NCBI GenBank assembly: GCA_963675755.2
Contig: CAXXMD010000003.1
Location: 2,592,001-2,656,000 of the forward strand
Source: a bacterium
GTDB lineage: Bacteria; Zhuqueibacterota; Zhuqueibacteria; Residuimicrobiales; Krinioviventaceae
Direction: 5' to 3'
Length of the DNA: 64,000 bases
Positions within the stretch are counted from its first letter, which is position 1. Every line of letters starts with the position of its first letter. Both the position numbers and the translations under genes were made by a program. A model generated the notes under the pieces. It made no database searches. It was not told the origin of the DNA and saw nothing but the letters and a program-made list of their open reading frames with translations. This document shows, in pieces, positions 30,297-38,631 of the stretch.

Positions 30297-33200
30297 ATGA
30301 TAAAATTAAAGCATCTTGTAGTATTTTTAATCATTATAACCGCTTTGACCGGTTGTAATAAAGCTGTTATGCAGGGCGGTTCGCAAACTGCGCATGTTCC
30401 CTTGAGGGAATTGCTTGCAACATTACCTGCAGACAATTTGACTGAACAGAATCTGATTATGAATGCAATTCTGGACTATGGAGAGCCCGGCATTCTGGCA
30501 GTATGTGATCAACTGGCATCTGCAGACACGCTGAAAAGTGTTCCGGCCCATTATGCCATTGACGGATTAACCCAGTATGTTTCTCAGAACAGACCTGCGC
30601 AGAACAGCTTGTACGTCCAGGCATTGCACAAAGTGTTAACGAATAGTACCAATCTCCCTGTTGCTGAAAAAGTGTTTATTATAAAACAAATACAATACAC
30701 GGGCGGTCCTGAATCCATCTCTTTGTTAAAAGGATTTCTGGGAGATCCTGAACTGGTGGATGGAGCGGTTCGTGCATTGGTAGCCATTGGCGGCCCCGAA
30801 GCAGGGAATGTATTGTTGTCAGCCATTGAAAATGTAGAAAAGTTCCAGAAACAGTTTATTATTCAAGCCCTGGGTGAACTGGATTATACACCTTCCGCTG
30901 TGCAATTGCTGAAATACGCAGAAGATAAAGATTTGCGTGATGCGTCTTTGAATGCACTTGCTCAAATGGGTGTAAAATTGGCAGCTCCGCAGATCAAGGC
31001 TCTGGTGAAAAAAGAATCCGAATACACGGATCTATATTTGAGGTTGGCCAGCGGATTGGCAGAACACAAAGATGTTGACGGTTGTGTTGCCATATGCCGG
31101 GAGCTTTTGGATGGGGATACTCCCGAACATTATAAAGTTGCCGCATTGGGTCTTTTGGTAGAGTTGGAATGGGAAAAAGCCTTTGATGACGTTTTTGATA
31201 TGGCCGTTAGCGATAGTAATAAAGCCCGTGTTGCAGCCCTGCGATTGGCAGAAGGATTTTTTGATGAAGCCTTGATTGGTAAATGGGTAGCTCAACTGGA
31301 AAAAAGTTCTCCTGCGGTACAGGCTGATATCATTGACATGCTGGGCAGAATGCAGGAACCGTCTGTGGTACCGGTAATGCAGCAAAAATTAAAAGATGGT
31401 CCTACCGAGGTCCGATTGGCTGCTATAAAAGCTCTGGTATCTATTGATGGCGATGATGCTGCTGATGATCTTGCAAAAACGCTGGCAACATCTGCTTCAG
31501 AAAAGATAGAATTTGATTTGTTGAAGCGACAATTGCAGACAATATCTAGCGATATGCTGGTTCCGGCTTTGAACGCAAATCTGAATGTTGCTTCTGCCGA
31601 GGCTAAAGTGATTATGATAGATCTGCTGGTCGAACGGGATGCGGCTGAGAAATCTGCATTAATTGCACAGTTGGGTGACGATCCCAAAGTTAATGCTGCC
31701 GTTATCGGGTCAGTTGCTTCAAAAATGGATTTGAATGATTTTAATACAATTTTTGATATTTATCTGGCTTCAACAGGTTCGGAACAACGTGCGGCCCGTA
31801 ACGCGCTTGCGGAATATACCGCAAACGGCAAAGATCGACGCGATGCGGTAAAGCAGGTACAGGAAGCTTACAAGAATGCACCTGTTGATAAAAAAGCGGA
31901 TTATTTTAATTTATTCCGTGCAATTAGCGGCAAGAGTTTTCTTGCTTTGATAGTTCAGGCAATTGATGAACCGGAATTGAAAGATGCGGCTGTACGCACT
32001 TTGGCGGGATGGAGTAGCCCGGATGCGTTGCAACCTCTTGATGAACTGGTCAAATCTACCCGGGATACAACCCATCAGGTACTGGCTATTCGAGGCGCTT
32101 TGGCGTTACTGCGGGACAATTCGGTTGGCGATATTCGCAATGTGGAATATTGTGACGGATTGATCAAAAATGCCATTCGTCCTGCCGAGAAACGTATGAT
32201 CTTGTCTCATTTGGGCAATGTACGCTCTGAATTTGCTTTGAAATATGTCTCTTCTTTTCTGAGCGATACTACCTTGGGTTACGATGCCGCGCAGGCCGTG
32301 ATGAATATTGCATCTCCGGATAAGGATAGCAATACCAATCTGGAATCCAAAGCAGTTGCGCTTGCCATGATCAAAGGTACATCGGGAGAGGATTTAAAGG
32401 CTAAATTGTATGCGAATCCTCTGATTGAGAAAACAGACAATGTACCGCCGGAAGGGTTTTACGCATTGTTTAATGGCGTGGATTTGAGCGGTTGGAAGGG
32501 ACTGGTTGCTGATCCTCCCAAACGCGCGAAAATGAGTGCAGAGGAACTGGCAAAAGAGCAGGTACATGCAGACAGCCTGATGAACGCTCACTGGCGGGTA
32601 GTTGGTGATGTACTCTATTTTGACGGCAAGGGACACAGCCTCTGTACGGTTAAAGATTACACCAATTTTGAAATGTATGTAGACTGGAAGATTGAAAAAC
32701 ATGGCGACAGTGGTGTTTATCTGCGGGGCGCCCCACAAGTCCAGATCTGGGACACTGCCCAGTGGCCGGAAGGCTCGGGCGCATTGTACAATAACAAGAT
32801 CAATGAAAGTCATCCGCTTGCGGTTGCCGATAATCCCATTGGAGAGTGGAATACTTTTCGTATTATCATGAAAGGTGAGCGGGTTACAGTTTGGTTGAAC
32901 GGTGTACTGGTTGTAGACAATGTAATCATGGAGAATTATTGGGAGCGTGATATTCCCATATATCCCACAGGCCAGATAGAGCTGCAGGCACATACAACAC
33001 CGCTCTATTTTAAAAATGTGTATATCAAAGAACTGCCCGATGAAGAACCGTCATTTACCGGAGAACTTTTCAATGGTAAAGATCTGACTGGTTGGCAGGT
33101 CATGAGTGACAACAAGGACAGCTGGAAGGTAGAAAACGGTGTGCTTTATACCGAAGGTAAAGGCGGCGGCTGGATTGCTACAAATGATCAATTCGATAAT

Positions 33201-33620
33201 TTTAAACTGGAACTGGAATTCCGCGTGCCTGAGGGCGGCAACAGCGGCGTATTTGTCCGTACTCCTTTAGAGGGTGATGGCGCTTATCAAGGCATGGAGA
33301 TACAGGTGCTGGACGATTACGCGGATAAATATAAAGACCTTAAAAAGTGGCAATATACTGCAAGTATTTACGATGTGCAGGCACCATCCAAACGAATGAC
33401 CAAAAAAGCCGGGGAATGGCAAAAAATGGTAATTGTATGTGATGGACCGCATGTAACTGTTGAACTGAACGGAGAATTGATCAATGATGCGAATTTAATT
33501 GATCATATGCATCGCACAGCAAAACATCCGGGACTAACCCGTCGTAAAGGATATATTGGTCTGCAAAATCACAGTACGCGGGTAGAATATAAAAACATAC
33601 GATTAACAGAATTAGAATAG
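30297..33620 (+). CDS. Lipoprotein with HEAT repeats and two DUF1080 (3-keto-disaccharide hydrolase/lyase) domains
   Basis: Lipobox LTGC; HEAT-like helical repeats; twice LFNG.DL.GW..[DN]SGV..E/QIQ..GEW..G.I.LQ.H. Confidence 0.88.
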   Translation: MIKLKHLVVFLIIITALTGCNKAVMQGGSQTAHVPLRELLATLPADNLTEQNLIMNAILDYGEPGILAVCDQLASADTLKSVPAHYAIDGLTQYVSQNRPAQNSLYVQALHKVLTNSTNLPVAEKVFIIKQIQYTGGPESISLLKGFLGDPELVDGAVRALVAIGGPEAGNVLLSAIENVEKFQKQFIIQALGELDYTPSAVQLLKYAEDKDLRDASLNALAQMGVKLAAPQIKALVKKESEYTDLYLRLASGLAEHKDVDGCVAICRELLDGDTPEHYKVAALGLLVELEWEKAFDDVFDMAVSDSNKARVAALRLAEGFFDEALIGKWVAQLEKSSPAVQADIIDMLGRMQEPSVVPVMQQKLKDGPTEVRLAAIKALVSIDGDDAADDLAKTLATSASEKIEFDLLKRQLQTISSDMLVPALNANLNVASAEAKVIMIDLLVERDAAEKSALIAQLGDDPKVNAAVIGSVASKMDLNDFNTIFDIYLASTGSEQRAARNALAEYTANGKDRRDAVKQVQEAYKNAPVDKKADYFNLFRAISGKSFLALIVQAIDEPELKDAAVRTLAGWSSPDALQPLDELVKSTRDTTHQVLAIRGALALLRDNSVGDIRNVEYCDGLIKNAIRPAEKRMILSHLGNVRSEFALKYVSSFLSDTTLGYDAAQAVMNIASPDKDSNTNLESKAVALAMIKGTSGEDLKAKLYANPLIEKTDNVPPEGFYALFNGVDLSGWKGLVADPPKRAKMSAEELAKEQVHADSLMNAHWRVVGDVLYFDGKGHSLCTVKDYTNFEMYVDWKIEKHGDSGVYLRGAPQVQIWDTAQWPEGSGALYNNKINESHPLAVADNPIGEWNTFRIIMKGERVTVWLNGVLVVDNVIMENYWERDIPIYPTGQIELQAHTTPLYFKNVYIKELPDEEPSFTGELFNGKDLTGWQVMSDNKDSWKVENGVLYTEGKGGGWIATNDQFDNFKLELEFRVPEGGNSGVFVRTPLEGDGAYQGMEIQVLDDYADKYKDLKKWQYTASIYDVQAPSKRMTKKAGEWQKMVIVCDGPHVTVELNGELINDANLIDHMHRTAKHPGLTRRKGYIGLQNHSTRVEYKNIRLTELE

Positions 33621-33700
33621 ATTAATTAGGGGGAATTGGGTTAATAATCACCAAACTCCCTGCCGCAATGCATTTGTTTTGCGGTGGGGAAAATTATTGA

Positions 33701-34243
33701 ATGGGGAAAATCATGGTTCGCAAATATTCTGGACTGCAAGTTATTGTTATACTCTTTTTTTATTTTGCAGTACCTGTGAAATCGAGTTGGATGGCAATCG
33801 ATATTGTTGAATTTGCTCAAAGATCGCCCTTAATCATCACAGGTAAAATTGTTAAAGTTGATTATATTGAATCAGACAAGATGCGCGAATATGATTATGC
33901 TTATATCAAAATTGATAAAGTCTTGAAAAATGTTTTCAAAGATTTACCGTTAAAGTATGGCGATACGCTTAAAGTTCTCATGTCACCTGTCCGTGTTTCA
34001 GGATGGTGTACGACTGATATTCGTTATAAGGAAGGAAGAGGGGGACTTTGGATACTGAAAATGTACAATAACCTTGAATTCTCAATTTGCAGCCATCCGG
34101 ACCAGTTGCAACCCCGCTATAAGCAACGCGAACTTTGGCAAGCTGGCGCATTATTTGTGCCCAGGGTTACTGATGAAAATGGTAAACAGGTTCGCAGGTA
34201 TTTTACCCGTAAAGAATGGCTTTTTGAGAAATGGAAAAGATAA
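33701..34243 (+). CDS. Hypothetical secreted protein
   Basis: 180-aa ORF with N-terminal hydrophobic segment. Confidence 0.6.
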   Translation: MGKIMVRKYSGLQVIVILFFYFAVPVKSSWMAIDIVEFAQRSPLIITGKIVKVDYIESDKMREYDYAYIKIDKVLKNVFKDLPLKYGDTLKVLMSPVRVSGWCTTDIRYKEGRGGLWILKMYNNLEFSICSHPDQLQPRYKQRELWQAGALFVPRVTDENGKQVRRYFTRKEWLFEKWKR

Positions 34244-34338
34244 TATTATTTTTTAAAAGATAGTGCTTGAAAATAATTGGATAAAATATACTAATTTATA
34301 GATAAACGCAGACATGCTGAAAAACAGGGGATGTTTGA

Positions 34339-35070
34339 ATGCCTTCGACACCGGATTTTACACATTACACCATTCAACAGCTTGTGGATGCCTACCACAA
34401 TATCAACCGGAATCTGTATCCGGAGAGCTTTGAGAAATTGCTCAAAGAAATTGAATTGCGGGGAATGACAGAAGTTGATGTGGTGAATTATACCCAGCCG
34501 CAAGATACACACCCCAAGCAAAAGTACATCCGGAATTACTGGATGGTATTGCTCTTTGGTGTGCTAACATTTGGGATTTACTGGTATTATTGGTACTATG
34601 CAAACCTGGAAGAAATTGGCAAAGCGTTTAAATTTGAAAAAAGTGAAAAAGAATTAACAATCGCCAAAGTTGCATGTGTTGTTATTATAATACTCCGGTT
34701 CAGTAATTTGGGTGCTTCCGGTGTGACAGGTAATGAAGAGACCCCGGAAGAATTGATCTCTGTATTTTCTGGTCTGCTCATTTACCTGATCATTATGTAT
34801 TTTCTTGAAAATTTTTTCATGTTTATTTATCTGCATGCAATTCAAGTGGGACAGGAAAAAGCAAACGTAAAACTTTTACCCAAATTTGCCATGTTTGCAG
34901 CTTATGTTATATCAACAGGATTGCCATTTTTGTCTATTTTTACAATGAATTCATCGATAATTATTATTAGTGTGCTTGTTTGTATGCTTGTTTTAGTGGG
35001 GTTTTATTATACCCTGCAGGAGCAGATCAACACAATTTGGGAAGCGGTAATTGATAAAGAAATCATATAG
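34339..35070 (+). CDS. DUF4234-like membrane protein, paralog 1
   Basis: VLLFGVLTFGIYWYYWYY and terminal LQEQINTIW; four hydrophobic segments. Confidence 0.7.
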   Translation: MPSTPDFTHYTIQQLVDAYHNINRNLYPESFEKLLKEIELRGMTEVDVVNYTQPQDTHPKQKYIRNYWMVLLFGVLTFGIYWYYWYYANLEEIGKAFKFEKSEKELTIAKVACVVIIILRFSNLGASGVTGNEETPEELISVFSGLLIYLIIMYFLENFFMFIYLHAIQVGQEKANVKLLPKFAMFAAYVISTGLPFLSIFTMNSSIIIISVLVCMLVLVGFYYTLQEQINTIWEAVIDKEII

Positions 35071-35113
35071 ATTAATAACAGCGAGTTTAACCGACTAAGG
35101 AAGGGGAAGTATT

Positions 35114-35860
35114 ATGACAGCACCGGAATTTTCAAAATATTCATTAGAGCAGTTAAAAGATGCTCACGCAAACATTAACCGTAATCTTTATCCCGAAAAT
35201 TACAATCTGCTGGTTGAAGAATTGAAAAAACGGGGGATCTCTGAAGAAGATATGAATAATCCCAGGGTTATGGAACCGGAGGGCCTTTTGCAAGAAAATA
35301 TTCGCAGTTACGGAAAGGTGTTGCTCTTTGGTATAATAACCTTGGGTATTTACTGGCTTTACTGGTATTATGCCAACCTGAAAGAGCTGGATAGACATTT
35401 TGTGTGTGAAAAAGATGAAAAAGATATTAAACTGGCTTTGAATGCATTTGTGATATATATTATTTTACATATTGTAGCAATGTTTGTTGCAATAGCTGTT
35501 GTGATTGCCAGGATTGAAACCATAGCTGATGCTCCGGCGTACCCCACACCCGGATTAGAATCCATGCTGGTTAGCTTTTTCTCTTTGTTGGTAGAGTCTG
35601 TCTTTATTTTTATGTTTTTGAATGCAGTTAAACTGGGCCAGGAAAAAGCAAAGATTGAAGGTTTTACACTTTTTCCCATGTTTGCTTTATATCTGGGTGG
35701 AGTAATATGTCAGTTTATCTATTCTGCGTTTATGCTGCCATTGATCTCGATTCTAAGCGCCGTTTTGCTTATTTTGTTTTATTACAAGCTGCAGGATGGA
35801 ATCAATTCGATTTGGAAGGCTGAGATTGAAGGTGAGGCGGAACATTATATCGTTTCTTGA
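35114..35860 (+). CDS. DUF4234-like membrane protein, paralog 2
   Basis: VLLFGIITLGIYWLYWYY, LQDGINSIW; shares NINRNLYPE and GQEKA with paralog 1. Confidence 0.7.
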   Translation: MTAPEFSKYSLEQLKDAHANINRNLYPENYNLLVEELKKRGISEEDMNNPRVMEPEGLLQENIRSYGKVLLFGIITLGIYWLYWYYANLKELDRHFVCEKDEKDIKLALNAFVIYIILHIVAMFVAIAVVIARIETIADAPAYPTPGLESMLVSFFSLLVESVFIFMFLNAVKLGQEKAKIEGFTLFPMFALYLGGVICQFIYSAFMLPLISILSAVLLILFYYKLQDGINSIWKAEIEGEAEHYIVS

Positions 35861-35946
35861 TATGCGCTATTTACAAAGATAGAATTTGAATCGGTTTGCA
35901 CGAATAGTGATGTTTTACAGGTTTTTTTAGGTTTTGAGAATCTAGA

Positions 35947-36427
35947 TAAAACGCAGAGTCGCAGAGTTCGCAGAGGTAGTGGATGTGTTTTATAATGGGG
36001 GTGATTTATGATGCATGAGAATGAAATATCAGGTAAAATTATTGGAGTGAAGTACATCGGGTTTTAGGTCCTGGTTTGATAGAATCGGTATATGAAAATG
36101 CGCTTTGTCATGAATTGCATTTGTTGGATATTGATTTTAAACGGCAGCAAAATATCCCAATCCCTTACAAAGGAGTAAATTGGGGCTCTGATTTAAGATT
36201 AGACCTGTTGGTTGCTGATAAGGTAATTGTTGAATTAAAGGCAAAGGAAAAATTATCCCCTATTGACAAACCCAAGCTTTTGACATATCTGAGATTATGT
36301 GACAAAAAGCTTGGCCTTTTGATTAATTTTCATGTAAATAGGTTAAGTGATGGTGTGTCACGGGTTGTAAATGGTTTATAAGAATTTTTAAAATTTCTCT
36401 GCGTTCACTGCGCCTCTGCGTTTATTG
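35947..36427 (+). mobile_element. Repeat-bounded element 1: GxxExxY gene between (CGCAGAG)x3 imperfect inverted repeats
   Basis: Left TAAAACGCAGAGTCGCAGAGTTCGCAGAG (35947-35975); right CTCTGCGTTCACTGCGCCTCTGCGTTTA (36397-36424); mobility is inferred. Confidence 0.55.
36008..36381 (+). pseudogene. GxxExxY (PD-(D/E)XK nuclease) protein, frameshifted near the 5' end
   Basis: ATG 36008 gives MMHENEISGKIIG then TAG at 36065; another frame from 36049 gives EVHRVLGPGLIESVYE...RLDLLV..VELKA..LLTYL..GLLINF. Confidence 0.85.
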
Positions 36428-36513
36428 GTTTATTGTTTTGATAATCAATTGTAACTATTTTTACCACCAGCGAACTCGTACTCGAACCGGTTTGATATTT
36501 TTAAGGAGTTTTT

Positions 36514-37182
36514 ATGAATATCAGAATTTTTATGTTTTTAATTGCAATGGTCATGTTTTCCTGTCAGGAGGCCCCATCTATGAAAGAATCCATTCACTGG
36601 AAACTGGATAATCTGCAAAACATAAACGGACATGCGGTCACTGTATTGGGCAATCCCGAGGTTGTCGACATCAATGGAGGGGCGGCTATACAGTTTAACG
36701 GACAAACCGATGCCATTGTTTTGGATAACATCCCGGTCCCGGATTTTGCCGAGTTTACCATAGAGGTGGTTTTTCGGCCCGATTCCAATGGTAACGAGGC
36801 ACAGCGATTTTTCCATATTCAGGAGTCCAATGATCACCGGATTTTGATGGAAACCCGGTTGGTTGAGGGCAATCAATGGTTTCTTGATACATTTATCAAG
36901 TCGGGTGAAAACGAGCATGCTTTATTTGCCAAAGAATTTTTACATCCCACCGATCTATGGTATCATCTGGCCCTGGTTTATGATGGCGAAATGATGAGAC
37001 ATTATGTAAATGGCAGCAAGGAAATGGAAAGCGAGCTAAAGTATGAACCGATTCAACATGGAGAAACGTCCATTGGCTGCCGTTTGAATCGGGTATATTG
37101 GTTCAAGGGAGCGATTCGGGAAATCCATGTGACTCCGTCTGCATTGTCTCCGGATGGTTTTGAATTGCGTGAACTGTTGTAA
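36514..37182 (+). CDS. LamG/concanavalin-A-like domain lipoprotein
   Basis: Lipobox MFSC; FTIEVVF, WYHLALVYDG..HYVNG, IGCR..FKGAIRE. Confidence 0.8.
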   Translation: MNIRIFMFLIAMVMFSCQEAPSMKESIHWKLDNLQNINGHAVTVLGNPEVVDINGGAAIQFNGQTDAIVLDNIPVPDFAEFTIEVVFRPDSNGNEAQRFFHIQESNDHRILMETRLVEGNQWFLDTFIKSGENEHALFAKEFLHPTDLWYHLALVYDGEMMRHYVNGSKEMESELKYEPIQHGETSIGCRLNRVYWFKGAIREIHVTPSALSPDGFELRELL

Positions 37183-37196
37183 ATTGTCTTTTAGTT

Positions 37197-38605
37197 TAAC
37201 GCAGAGTCGCCGGGTTCGCAGAGGATATGAAAGTGTTTTATAGTGGGGATGATTAATGATGTATGGGAATAAAATGTAACTGACCTTATTAAGGAAAATA
37301 ATGAAACAAAAATTGATCATAATTTTTTTCTTTTTCAAGATTGCAATATCTGCTGAAACACCGTGGATGGTTTATATGGAACCCGCGGCAAATGACCAGA
37401 AAAGATTAGTCGTATATGATATTGGTAGCGACTCGTTGATTACAGATTTTTTTGTAAATATACAAGGAACTTTTCTAGGAATGAAGTTTTTTTCAAACAC
37501 CGGAATCATTGGTTACACGTCTGAAGATCATTTATATAAGATTGATATTAAAAACAAAAAAATTGAGGACCTTCCCGAGTTAAATGGGGCGGCATTCAAT
37601 TATAATCAAGATATATGGATTATCTTGTATGGTGATACTTGCAACGTGAATGTGCCTGGAAAATCGTTTTCAATAGATGTGAAAAATGTCATAACCCCAA
37701 AATACCGAGAAATTGTTCGTTTTGAATGGGTATTGAAAAAAGAGGAAGCAATTTATATTGGTGTGTTGACGATTGATGATAAAAATAAGTACCACCGTGT
37801 ATTGATCAAGCAAAACCGTGATGGAATAACATGTCGTAATATTGTAAACAAAACCGGATTATTATTTAAGGTGCAAAACTGTATTGAAGAAAAGAGTAAT
37901 CCTTATAATGATAATATTGGATTAATTTATACGAATTCGAGAATATCAGAACATGAATTGGTCTTTTTTGATTTGCAGAAAAACGAACTTGTCCATGTAG
38001 CCTCTGATGTAGATGATTTTATATGGTTGAATAATGATTCATTGGCATTATTTTCATATAATCACAATACTGATAAATATCAGATTGATCTGTATAATTC
38101 AGTGACAAAAGACAGGGACGAGTTGTTTCAATATGATCATATTGGTTTTAATCAAAATTTGTGTTACTTTAATAAGTCTTTGTATTTCAAACATTTTTCT
38201 AGATTTATTGAGATCTTTACAAAAATTAAATTCAGAAAATATAATTTGTTGACAAAAAAAGTTATAGATGTTCTTGAATTTAATAAAAGTCGAGATTCCT
38301 ATTACGAATATTTTGATTGGGATATTCGAATTGTAAATCTTGAAGATTAGTTTTAATCAACTGGCTTGTTTTCCAAAAGTTGAATAATTGTAATGATACT
38401 AGAATAATGAGTTTGAAGTATTTCTATAATATTTGTCAAATTGTTTAGATTGATATCGGACCTCCGGCTCGACGCTGCGTCAGCCGGTTGGTGAACACGC
38501 TATAAAGGGGCTGCACTTTAACGACAAAACAATATTTTCACACTCTGACATTTGGGGAACAAGGCTTAAAATTTCTCTGCGTTCACTGCGTCTCTGCGTT
38601 TATTG
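37197..38605 (+). mobile_element. Repeat-bounded element 2: same ends as element 1, unrelated cargo gene
   Basis: 37197-37275 aligns with 35949-36027 including the first GxxExxY codons; 38566-38605 equals 36388-36427 at 39/40 nt. Confidence 0.55.
37301..38350 (+). CDS. Hypothetical secreted beta-rich protein, possibly a beta-propeller; cargo of element 2
   Basis: 349 aa, N-terminal hydrophobic stretch, short beta-strand-like repeats (LYKIDIKNKK, LVFFDLQKNE, IDLYNSVTKD); visibly more AT-rich than its neighbours. Confidence 0.7.
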   Translation: MKQKLIIIFFFFKIAISAETPWMVYMEPAANDQKRLVVYDIGSDSLITDFFVNIQGTFLGMKFFSNTGIIGYTSEDHLYKIDIKNKKIEDLPELNGAAFNYNQDIWIILYGDTCNVNVPGKSFSIDVKNVITPKYREIVRFEWVLKKEEAIYIGVLTIDDKNKYHRVLIKQNRDGITCRNIVNKTGLLFKVQNCIEEKSNPYNDNIGLIYTNSRISEHELVFFDLQKNELVHVASDVDDFIWLNNDSLALFSYNHNTDKYQIDLYNSVTKDRDELFQYDHIGFNQNLCYFNKSLYFKHFSRFIEIFTKIKFRKYNLLTKKVIDVLEFNKSRDSYYEYFDWDIRIVNLED

Positions 38606-38631
38606 TGTTGAAGAGTACTCGGAGTGGTATA

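Noticed and set aside
32394-32993. 199-aa antisense ORF inside the DUF1080 gene
   Set aside because: No motifs or RBS; consistent with a codon-bias shadow of the sense gene
35947-38605. CGCAGAG repeats as a CRISPR array
   Set aside because: Copies are inverted, hundreds of bp apart and flank genes; no regular spacers and no cas genes
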